A DNA stretch of 64,000 nucleotides from Vicinamibacterales bacterium (lineage in GTDB: Bacteria > Acidobacteriota > Vicinamibacteria > Vicinamibacterales > UBA8438), in NCBI GenBank assembly GCA_965215155.1, contig CBDCCY010000004.1, positions 990,151-1,054,150 of the forward strand, given 5' to 3'. The translations under genes were made by a program, and so were the position numbers. The notes under the pieces are model-generated. The model did not search any database, was not told the origin of the DNA, and worked only from the letters and a program-made list of their open reading frames with translations. Shown in pieces: positions 56,014-64,000 of this stretch (position 1 is the stretch's first letter; each line of letters starts with the position of its first letter).

Positions 56014-57525
56014 ATGACGAGGAAGCGAGCGTCGGGGAGTCGGGGCGGACGCACCTGGACGCCGAGCGTCGGAGACTACACGCAGGTCTTGGTCGAGCAG
56101 AACCCCTGGCACCGCGACGGCGAAGTGCCGGCGGCTTGGGCGCCGCCGGTCGAACGGCGCCTTGCGCCGCTCCTCGCCGGATGTCTGCAGACCGCGGACC
56201 CGCGCCGGTTCCAGCTCGTGCTCGGGCCGCGCCGGGTCGGGAAGACTACCTGCCTCTACCAGGCGGTGCGCGGGTTGCTCCGCTCGGGCGTCCCGGCGCG
56301 CCGCATCTGGTGGCTGCGGCTCGATCATCCACTGCTGCTGCAACTGGACTTGGGGACCCTGGTCTCCCTCGTTCGTGACCGCGACGCCGATCCGGACGAA
56401 CCCGCCTTCGTGTTCCTGGACGAGTTGACGTACGCGCGCGACTGGGACCTCTGGCTGAAGACCTTCCACGACGAGCGGTGGCCCATCCGCGTAGCCGGCT
56501 CCTCGAGCGCAACCGCCGCTCCGGCTGGACGCCGACTGGAGAGCGGTGTCGGACGCTGGGAAGAGCCGTACCTGGCGCCGTACCTGTTCGGCGAATTCCT
56601 CGATCTTGTCGGAAGAGATGTCCCGCTGCGGGTGGAGGCGACACTCGCCGAAACGCTGGACTCCTGCCTCGCCCGAGGTCCTGATCTCACGAGACTGGCG
56701 TCGCCCCGACGGGCGTACATGCTCACCGGCGGGTTCCCGGAGCTACTGACGCCGCTCGTGGGCGGCGACGTGGAGGCCGACGCCGACCTCGAATCGCTGC
56801 TGCTGCGATCGCAACGCACGCTGCGCGGCGACGCGGTCGAGCGAGCGGTCTACAAGGACATTCCCCAGGCATTCGGCATCGACAACCCGATGCTGCTGGA
56901 GCGGCTGCTCTACACTCTCGCCGGTCAGGTGACGGGACTCGTCTCGCCGCAGCGGATGCGGCAGGAGCTCGACGGCCTGTCGCAGCCGACGTTCGACCGC
57001 TACCTGTCATACCTGGAGCGCGCGTTCCTGGTCTTCACTCTGCCGAACTACTCGGGCCGCGAGGGGGCGGTGCAGCGGCGGGGGAGGCGCATCTACTTCG
57101 TCGACGGGGCCGTGCGGAACGCCGCGCTCCAGCGGGGCGTCCGGCCTCTGACCGACGCCGAGGAGATGTGGCTCCTCTACGAGAACCTGGCCGCGAGCCA
57201 TCTGCACGCACTCGCGCGCCAGACGCAAGTGCGGCTTTATCACTGGCACGAGGGCTCGCACGAGGTCGACCTCGTCTACGACGAGCCGGAACAGCCGGTC
57301 GCCTTCGAGATTGCCTCGTCCGTCCGCCACTCCCGGGCCGGACTGTTACGGCTCCTGGAGCGCTTCCCGCGGTTCGAGGGGCGCGCCTACCTCGTCAGCC
57401 CCGATGCGCCGCTGCTGCGTCCGGGCACGTCTGCCGGTCGGATCGGATCGCTGCCGCTGGACCTGCTGCTGCTCGCTGCCTGCCGGCAGGCGGATCGGGC
57501 GCTGGCGTTGCGGCTGGGTGGCTGA
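56014..57525 (+). CDS. AAA-family ATPase (AAA_14 + DUF4143 architecture)
   Basis: The Walker A is LVLGPRRVGKTT and the Walker B is FVFLDELTY. The C-terminus ...HEVDLVYDEPEQPVAFEI.. is the DUF4143-type PD-(D/E)XK-like end. Confidence 0.8.
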   Translation: MTRKRASGSRGGRTWTPSVGDYTQVLVEQNPWHRDGEVPAAWAPPVERRLAPLLAGCLQTADPRRFQLVLGPRRVGKTTCLYQAVRGLLRSGVPARRIWWLRLDHPLLLQLDLGTLVSLVRDRDADPDEPAFVFLDELTYARDWDLWLKTFHDERWPIRVAGSSSATAAPAGRRLESGVGRWEEPYLAPYLFGEFLDLVGRDVPLRVEATLAETLDSCLARGPDLTRLASPRRAYMLTGGFPELLTPLVGGDVEADADLESLLLRSQRTLRGDAVERAVYKDIPQAFGIDNPMLLERLLYTLAGQVTGLVSPQRMRQELDGLSQPTFDRYLSYLERAFLVFTLPNYSGREGAVQRRGRRIYFVDGAVRNAALQRGVRPLTDAEEMWLLYENLAASHLHALARQTQVRLYHWHEGSHEVDLVYDEPEQPVAFEIASSVRHSRAGLLRLLERFPRFEGRAYLVSPDAPLLRPGTSAGRIGSLPLDLLLLAACRQADRALALRLGG

Positions 57526-57632
57526 GTCCGCGGCTGGCGGCCGCAACGCGGGCCGCGCTGGCGATGGACGGCGCTCAGGACGCCACCGATGGTGCCGACT
57601 GTAGACTGGTGCAGGCTCGACAGGAGCTGGTC

Positions 57633-58337
57633 ATGAAGGAGGTCAGGATTTGGGCGCTCGAAGATGCGTCCACCGTCGTCGAGCTGCAGTCCAGGGGACA
57701 GGTGGAAGCGGAGTCGCTCCTCGAGGAGACGCTCGTCGCCAACCCGGACCTGCTGCTACCGGGCCTCAAGTTGGTCGGCAGGCAGATACCGACCGCGGGC
57801 GGGCCCCTCGACCTGCTGGGCGTGGACGAGGACGGCAGGCTCTGTCTCTTCGAGTTGAAGCGCGGCACGCTGACCCGCGAGGCGGTCGCGCAGGTGATCG
57901 ACTATGCGGCCGACCTGGAGACACGCGATCCCGCAGATCTCGCCGACCTCCTGTCCAGGTATGGCGTGACGGAGCTGTTCGGTGCCGCGAGAGACATGTT
58001 CAGAGAGAACTGGCCAAGTGCCAGGATGAAACCGGGAGCCTCCGGACTTGCGATCAAGCTCCAGAAGCACGCATATGCACGCGTTGAGGTTTGGGCACCG
58101 GGAGAAGTCCAGATCGGCTTTCAACCTCGTGCCAAGGCGTTGTGCTTGGATGAGTTCAGGCGGCCGGTCGCGCAGATTCGACACCGCACGTGGCCTCGGG
58201 ACCGCGACCCGCTGGGAGACGCCAACGCGGCCATCCACTTCCGGTTGAGCGTGGAAGATTGGGAGACTCACAAGGAGACCTTGACGAGGCTCGCAGGCGC
58301 CGTACATGAGGCGCATCAAGCGGGCGAGGCCGAGTAG
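57633..58337 (+). CDS. NucS/DUF91-like PD-(D/E)XK nuclease-fold protein
   Basis: I chose the ATG at 57633. The sequence is MKEVRIWALEDASTVVELQSRGQVEAESLLEETLVANPDLLLPGLKLVGRQIPTAGGPLDLLGVDEDGRLCLFELKRGTLTREAVAQVIDYAADL, with the D..(E)LK core. Confidence 0.7.
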   Translation: MKEVRIWALEDASTVVELQSRGQVEAESLLEETLVANPDLLLPGLKLVGRQIPTAGGPLDLLGVDEDGRLCLFELKRGTLTREAVAQVIDYAADLETRDPADLADLLSRYGVTELFGAARDMFRENWPSARMKPGASGLAIKLQKHAYARVEVWAPGEVQIGFQPRAKALCLDEFRRPVAQIRHRTWPRDRDPLGDANAAIHFRLSVEDWETHKETLTRLAGAVHEAHQAGEAE

Positions 58338-58887
58338 AGCAGGAGGACCGGGCCTCGGCCCGCGCGAGCGCGGCCAGGAGGTCCAGGAAGACGGGGTTCA
58401 ACGGCGTCGGTCGGAGTCGGGCTGACCGGGGTTCAGCACGGGCCCCGCTGGCCTGCGGACGACGCGCCCCGGCATCCGGTCGCGCGAGTATCGGGGAAGG
58501 TGCCGGCCGGCAGAGATCCAGGCGTCGACCGCGAGCGGCCACATCATCGCGATTCGTTCTTCCGGCGTCGTCCGGTCGCTCAGGTCGTCGCCCGGTTCCT
58601 CACCGAGGCGGCACACCCTGATCGGCGTCGAGGCGCGTGCTTCTCGCCGTCGGTGCCGTGCGGCTTCGTCGGGGGCCATCGCCTCGATAGTACATCCGCG
58701 TCTGCGTACTCCGGCAGCCGCATGGGCAGGATGTCGACCCTACGCCGAGATGCGTCGAGATGGCGGCGAGGGTGCACCGACGCCCCGCCCGCGGCGCGAG
58801 TGGTTTGTCGCATCGCGCGGCGGTACCACGGCTCCGCACCCTTGCATGTAGACTGCCTCGGTTGGCGGGCCTGACCAGGAGGTCGAG

Positions 58888-60863
58888 ATGCGGCACGTGA
58901 CCAGCGGAATCCGTTCCTGCGGCCTGACGGCCGGCGTGCTCGCCCTGACGCTGGGGCCAGCCGGCGCGGCCTACGCCCAGACGGCGGAGTGGACGGCCTA
59001 CGCCGCGGACCAGGCGGGCACCAAGTACTCGCCTCTCGACCAGATCAACGCGGAGACGGTCGGCAGGGTCGAGATCGTCTGGCGGCAGCCGGTCATCCCC
59101 GACGCCATCCGGGACGGCAACACCACCCGCGGGCCGGTCGGCTCGCAGACCACTCCGCTCATGGTCGACGGACGGCTCTACCTCAGTACGGGCCTCGGCA
59201 CGATCGCGGCGCTCGACCCGGAGACGGGTGAGGTGCTCTGGAACACGGGGCCGAGCGACGGCGTGCGGGTGCGCCAGACTCGCGGCGTCGCCTACTGGAC
59301 CGACGGGGAGGCGGCGCGCGTCGTGGCCACCCTCGGTCCGAGGCTGGTCTCGCTGGACGCCCGCACCGGCGAGCGCGACCCCGACTTCGGGGAGGAGGGC
59401 GAGGTCGACCTGCGCACCGGGCTGCTGCGCCCGTTCCCCAACTTCTACTGGAACTCGGCCCCGATCATCGTGCGGGGCGTCGTCGTCATCGGTTCGTTCG
59501 TGGAGGACATCACCACGAACCAGCGGGTGGCCAACAAGGAATCGCCGCGCGGCGACGTGCGCGGCTACGACGTGCGCACGGGCGAGCATCTCTGGACGTT
59601 CCACACCATCCCGCTGGAGAACGAGTTCGGCGTCGAGACGTGGGGCCCCGACCCGGTGGACGACCGCGTGTCGTGGGAGTACAGCGCAACACCAACATGT
59701 GGGCGCACCCCACCGGCGACGAGGAGCTGGGTCTCGTCTACCTGCCGCTCTCGACGCCGACCAACGACTACTACGGCGGACACCGCCCCGGGGACAACCT
59801 CTTCGCCGAGAGCCTCGTCTGCGTCGACGCGCGGACCGGGGAGCGGGTCTGGCACTTCCAGGCCATCCACCACGGCGTCTGGGACTACGACTTCGCGTCC
59901 TCGGCCGTGCTGGTCGACATCACCGTCGACGGGCGGGCGATCAAGGCGGTGGCCCAGCCGAGCAAGCAGGCCTTCACGTACGTCTTCGACCGGGCCACGG
60001 GCGAGCCGGTGTGGCCCATCGAGGAGCGGCCCGTGCCGCAGTCCGACGTGCCGGGCGAGCAGCTCTCGCCGACCCAGCCCTTCCCCACGAAGCCGCCCCC
60101 GTTCGAGCTGCAGGGGGTGCGGGTGGAGGACCTCATCGACTTCACGCCCGAGCTGCGGCAGGAAGCCATCGAGATCCTCGACCAGTACGTCTGGGGCCCG
60201 ATGTTCACGGCGCCGATCCTGCTCGACACCAGTCCCGGAGCGAAGAAGGGAACGATCTTCAGCCCCGGCACCGCCGGCGGGGCGAGCTGGAGCGGAGCCG
60301 GCTTCGACCCCGAGACGGGCATCCTCTACGTCCCGTCCGCCTACAGCCAGAACGTCGTCGCCCTGACGCCGTCGCAGCATCCCCGAACCGACATGCGCCT
60401 CGTCCGCGAGAAGTACACGCCGCTCATCGGGCCGCGCGGGCTCTCGATGTTCAAGCCGCCCTACGGCCGCCTGACGGCCATCGACCTCAACGCCGGCGAC
60501 ATCGTCTGGCAGGTGGCCAACGGCCCCGGGCCGCGCGACCACCCCGCGCTCCGCGACCTCGACCTGCCGTGGCTGGGGCAGGGCGGCCGGGCATCGGTCC
60601 TGGTCACGAAGTCGCTCGTCTTCCTGGGCGAGGGGGGCAACACCGGCGTCTCGACGCTGCCGCAGTGGTGGAACGGTCCCGGCGGCAAGATGTTCCGGGC
60701 CTACGACAAGGCCACCGGCGAGGTCGTCTGGGAGATCGAGCTGCCGGGCGGCACGACCGGCGCCCCGATGACCTACATGGTGAACGGGCGCCAGTACATC
60801 ATCGCCACCGTCGGCTGGGACGACATGGCGAGCGAGCTCGTCGCGCTGGCGCTGCCGGAGTAG
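58888..60863 (+). pseudogene. PQQ-dependent dehydrogenase (beta-propeller), single-nt frameshift near 59686
   Basis: Frame 1 carries the signal peptide and ..YAADQAGTKYSPLDQIN...TTPLMVDGRLYLSTGLGTIAALDPETGEVLW. From about 59690 frame 2 carries NTNMWAHPTGDEELGLVYLPLSTPTNDYYGGHRPGDNLFAESLVCVDARTGERVWHFQAIHHGVWDYD. The junction TACAGCGCAAC looks like TACAGCGGCAAC minus one G. Confidence 0.8.
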
Positions 60864-60905
60864 CGCGGCGCGGCCGCTGACCGTGCGCCGTCCGGACGAA
60901 GGGGG

Positions 60906-62126
60906 ATGCGAGCGGGCGTCGCTGGCGGTTCGCGATGCGTCTTGGGGATTGACCTCGCCTGTCGGACCTGGAATGACATCGGTTCCGCGCTGATCCGGTT
61001 CGACGACCGTCACTTCGTGGAGACCGTGCCCGGGGCGATCGGGTGGCCGCGGGAAGACTTGACGCCGGCTGCCGTAGCCGCAACAGTCGACGCCTTCGCT
61101 CGGCGGCATGATGTCATGGCGGTTTCGATGGATGGCCCGCAAGGTTGGCGGGATCCTGCCGCACCCGCGCATCGGCCAGGGGTGGGGCGCGCTTCCGAAT
61201 ACGCAACCCGGACTCCGGGCAAGACCGGACCCCAGGGCGTGGCGTTTCCGTCGACGTTCCTTCGCTGGATCCGGTTCAGTATCGACGTATTCGACGCCCT
61301 TCTGCGTCATTCCGACGTCGCGCTTGTCAACCATGGCTCGGAAGACGTACATCCGCGTTCGGCGGGCTATTGGCTGACCGAGTGCTTCCCGACGTCGACG
61401 TGGCGCACGTCCGGGCTCGATCCGCTGCCGGGGCACCGGCGAGCGCCTCCCGATGTCGTCGAGCGGTTCGCGCGACGTCTCGCGGGCGCGTTTGTTCTAC
61501 CAGCCAGCGCTGTCACCCGTGACCATGACGATCTCCAAGCTGTGGTTGCGGCGCTGCCGGCGGTAGGGTTGCTCGGGGGACCAGCGAAGGCGTATGCACG
61601 AAGTGAGCCGGCGCGCTCGGTTGGTGGGGTGCTCGTCGAAGGCTTCATCTGGGACGCGGCGCCAGCCAGCGGGACGGTCGCGCCGATCACAGCCCCTCTG
61701 GCCGGAAGTACGGTGCTCATCGACGAACGCGACACCGCACTTGAGTCGTGCGTCGACCGCGGTGCAGCCCTGTTCCAGAATCTCGTGCTGCGAGCGAACG
61801 AGGGTGAGGCGACGGGCATCAGCTACAAAGGCTTCGTCGAGCACGTGCACGACGTGCCCTTCAGGGAGCTTCGGGGCCGAGAGTGGTCCCAAGCCGATAC
61901 CGGTGACGTGTTGCGCCTCGCGGACCAGATTACGGATGCTGAGGGGCGGCAGCCCATCCGCCGCGGCGATGTCGTCATCGAGGCGGGTATGGATACCTTC
62001 ATCTGGCAGAAGAAGCCGCCGCACGACAGGTCACCGCGCGCGTGGAACAAGGGCTTGCCGTATTCCCGCGCAGAGTGGTTGGCGGTCTTCCCGGATTGGG
62101 GTCGCCGGCTCATCGACGGCTCGTGA
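60906..62126 (+). CDS. DUF429-like (RNase H-fold) protein with ~170-aa unknown C-terminal domain
   Basis: CVLGIDLA...VSMDGPQGW...LTECFPTSTW...DHDDLQAVVAALPA follows the DUF429 motif order. I did not recognise the C-terminal part. Confidence 0.6.
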   Translation: MRAGVAGGSRCVLGIDLACRTWNDIGSALIRFDDRHFVETVPGAIGWPREDLTPAAVAATVDAFARRHDVMAVSMDGPQGWRDPAAPAHRPGVGRASEYATRTPGKTGPQGVAFPSTFLRWIRFSIDVFDALLRHSDVALVNHGSEDVHPRSAGYWLTECFPTSTWRTSGLDPLPGHRRAPPDVVERFARRLAGAFVLPASAVTRDHDDLQAVVAALPAVGLLGGPAKAYARSEPARSVGGVLVEGFIWDAAPASGTVAPITAPLAGSTVLIDERDTALESCVDRGAALFQNLVLRANEGEATGISYKGFVEHVHDVPFRELRGREWSQADTGDVLRLADQITDAEGRQPIRRGDVVIEAGMDTFIWQKKPPHDRSPRAWNKGLPYSRAEWLAVFPDWGRRLIDGS

Positions 62127-62238
62127 GGAGCGTCGCCCTCATCCCGTGCCCCTGGGCATGGAAGTTGGCTGCCGGCATCCCGGAGCTCCGCCGGCTCAGC
62201 GGGAATCCAGTCTGGTGGTCGACCGAATTCGACCCGCG

Positions 62239-63825
62239 TCACATGCCCCAGACGGTGATCCTCGCGCCGCCGGCGGCTTCCTCGCGACGGAAGACCTTCT
62301 CGTCCCAGGACTTGCCGCCGGCGCGGTCGAACATCACCAGGTGCCCCGCGTCGGCGGCACAGCGGTCCATGTAGGCGCGGGTCTGCTCCAGGCCGGTGCG
62401 TACCGTTGCCTCCAGGCTTCCCCGCAGTAGCTTGCATTCGATCACGGTCTTGCGGCTCCGCCGACCGTCGCCGGTCGCGGGCCAGACGATCAGCAGGTCG
62501 GTGCGCATCCGGCCCAGGCCGTACTCGCGCTCGACGCGCCCTCCGCTGTTGACGATGCGCTGCAGGAACGCCTGCAGCAGGAGCTGCGGGCCGGCCTCCT
62601 TGTACTGCAGGCCGTCCACCCAGTGCTCGGAGTGCTCGCGGAAGAACTGCTGGAATGCGGCCAGCAGGTCGTCGACGAGCAGGTCGCCGTCGGGGCCGAC
62701 GTACCAGGCCGGATCCTGGGCGAGCATCTCCTGGGTCGACCAGGTGAGCTCGCGGGGGATGACCTCCTGGTAGATGGGGTTGGCGATCGCGAGCGGGCGG
62801 TCTCTTCCCACGAGACCCAGGTCTCGGACGTACTCGATGTCGTCGGCCGGCACGGCCTCGGCCTCCGGGTCGCCGCTCAGCAGCGGCCCGACGACGCGGC
62901 GCACGCGTTCCTCCTCCAGGTGGAGGGTCAGCCGGTCCAGGTGGGTCTCGCGGCGCAGGACGAGCTGCTCGCGGGCGTCGCGGATGGCTTCCACCGTTAT
63001 CGGCAGCTCGCGATCGCGCCCCGCCCGGTTCCGAAAGCAGGCCTCGTACGCGAGCGAGTTGACCAGCCAGGGTTGCCCGCGGGTCGCGTTCCAGACCTCG
63101 CACAACGCCTCGTCCGTCCATGCCTGCCCGCTCTCCGCCGTGTGCTGGGCGAGCAACGCCTGCACCTGCTCCCGCGAGAAGTCGCCCAGCCGCAGGGATT
63201 CCGCCTTGACGTTGAACGCACTGCCGCCGGCGACCAGCGCGTTCTCGGCGCGGGAGTGGATGCGGTAGTCGCGCACGTCGCGGACGCCGCACAGGATGAC
63301 GCTCTGCGGGAAGCTGCGGGGACGGTCCGGGTAGCCGGCGCGGAGCTGCCGGAGCACGGACAGGAGAGTGTCGCCGATGAGGGTGTCGATCTCGTCGATC
63401 AGCAGCACCAGCGGCCGCGCGCCGGCCTCCGCCCACCCGCCGAGGACCTCCTGCAGGGCTTCGTGCGGGCCGACCTCGGCCAACGCTTCCCGCCAGACGC
63501 CGCGTAGATACGACTCGCCCAGGCCGGTCCGCTCCTGGCGCGACAACGCGCCCAGGATGGCCTGCATCGCGGCGCCGACGTCCTCCCGCGCCGACTGACC
63601 GGTCTCCACGTTGACGTATACGCAGCGGTACTGCCCGCTACCGTTCAACTCGTCTCGCAGCGCTCGCAAGATGGTCGTCTTCCCCGTCTGCCGGGGCGCG
63701 TGCAGCACGAAGTACTTCTTCCGCTCGATCAGGCGCAGCAGCTCGTCCCGGTCGAGCCGCGCGAGCGGCGCGATGTGGTAGTGGTCCTCCGGGATGATGG
63801 GGCCGGCCGTGTTGAACTCGCGCAT
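62239..63825 (-). CDS. AAA-ATPase-like protein with C-terminal PD-(D/E)XK (PDDEXK_9-type) domain
   Basis: The ATG at 63825 gives MREFNTAGPIIPEDHYHI. The Walker A is LHAPRQTGKTT and the Walker B is LLIDEIDTL. The C-terminus is ...GRMRTDLLIVWP...VIECKLL. Confidence 0.8.
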   Translation of the reverse strand: MREFNTAGPIIPEDHYHIAPLARLDRDELLRLIERKKYFVLHAPRQTGKTTILRALRDELNGSGQYRCVYVNVETGQSAREDVGAAMQAILGALSRQERTGLGESYLRGVWREALAEVGPHEALQEVLGGWAEAGARPLVLLIDEIDTLIGDTLLSVLRQLRAGYPDRPRSFPQSVILCGVRDVRDYRIHSRAENALVAGGSAFNVKAESLRLGDFSREQVQALLAQHTAESGQAWTDEALCEVWNATRGQPWLVNSLAYEACFRNRAGRDRELPITVEAIRDAREQLVLRRETHLDRLTLHLEEERVRRVVGPLLSGDPEAEAVPADDIEYVRDLGLVGRDRPLAIANPIYQEVIPRELTWSTQEMLAQDPAWYVGPDGDLLVDDLLAAFQQFFREHSEHWVDGLQYKEAGPQLLLQAFLQRIVNSGGRVEREYGLGRMRTDLLIVWPATGDGRRSRKTVIECKLLRGSLEATVRTGLEQTRAYMDRCAADAGHLVMFDRAGGKSWDEKVFRREEAAGGARITVWGM

Positions 63826-63851
63826 GTCCCAGTGTCGCACTCGCGGGATCC

Positions 63852-64000
63852 TCAAGACTCGGCCCGGCGACCGGTCCGCCAGATCCAGATCAGCGCCCCG
63901 AGGACGCCGATCCCGAGTGCGCGCCGCGAACCGCTCACGAAGACCACCGCGCCGTTGACGATCATGAACAGGAAGACGCCGCGGACGACCGTCGTGAGGA
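63852..64000 (-). CDS. C-terminal end of a membrane protein (gene runs off the right edge)
   Basis: The reverse strand reads ..LTTVVRGVFLFMIVNGAVVFVSGSRRALGIGVLGALIWIWRTGRRAES, then a stop at 63854-63852. It is not in the ORF track. Confidence 0.4.
   Translation of the reverse strand, partial: LTTVVRGVFLFMIVNGAVVFVSGSRRALGIGVLGALIWIWRTGRRAES

Noticed and set aside
58340-58880. ORFs 58398-58679 and 58156-58542 (reverse), with hints of a degraded gene (..TPEERIAMMWPLAVDAWISAG.. and ..VFLDLLAALARAEAR..)
   Set aside because: The two pieces are in different frames and are truncated by the neighbouring gene. I cannot tie them to a family with confidence. They are probably a remnant, so I did not call them.
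1-64000. CRISPR array that might serve the Cmr operon
   Set aside because: I found no series of 25-40-nt direct repeats separated by unique spacers. The only short tandem repeat seen is the 2 x 22 bp at 27945-27988. This was a search by eye, so a short or degenerate array could have been missed.

Overview
This is 64 kb of high-GC (roughly 65-70%) bacterial DNA. The ADOP-type duplicated permease and the DUF1592/DUF1552 pair suggest an Acidobacteriota-like soil organism, but that is inference only. Positions 1-33.7 kb are a heavily rearranged accessory/defence island with five main parts. (1) A nested insertion scar at the left edge, in which hsdR was hit by an IS1182-type element that was in turn hit by an integrase-bearing element. 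(2) A complete but array-less type III-B CRISPR effector operon (cas10/cmr2-cmr3-cmr4-cmr5-cmr6-cmr1 plus a CARF-HEPN gene) that carries a sense-oriented group II intron between cmr4 and cmr5. (3) A recombinase-in-trio (RIT) element flanked by 663-bp inverted copies of the same segment of an IS66 transposase gene. (4) A type I R-M operon without hsdR, made of hsdM, a frameshifted HEPN gene, an MNT-HsdS fusion and two coupled unknown genes. (5) Five P4-type integrase genes or fragments, interleaved with three diverged copies of a ~330-bp structured repeat and a family of ~60-nt palindromes. Positions 33.8-64 kb look more chromosomal: Sel1 lipoprotein, ADOP permease, pyrF, MBL hydrolase, ankyrin protein, DUF1592/DUF1552, CBM9/DUF5916, cyclase and PQQ dehydrogenase. 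This half still holds accessory inserts. One is a lower-GC, translationally coupled four-gene operon (unknown/unknown/MBL-fold/GIY-YIG-like) whose last gene is split by an ISL3 element. The others are an AAA(DUF4143) plus NucS-like pair, and a DUF429-like gene next to an AAA-ATPase/PD-(D/E)XK gene. I recognised no CRISPR array, rRNA or tRNA. All family assignments come from motif recognition by eye, not from database searches.
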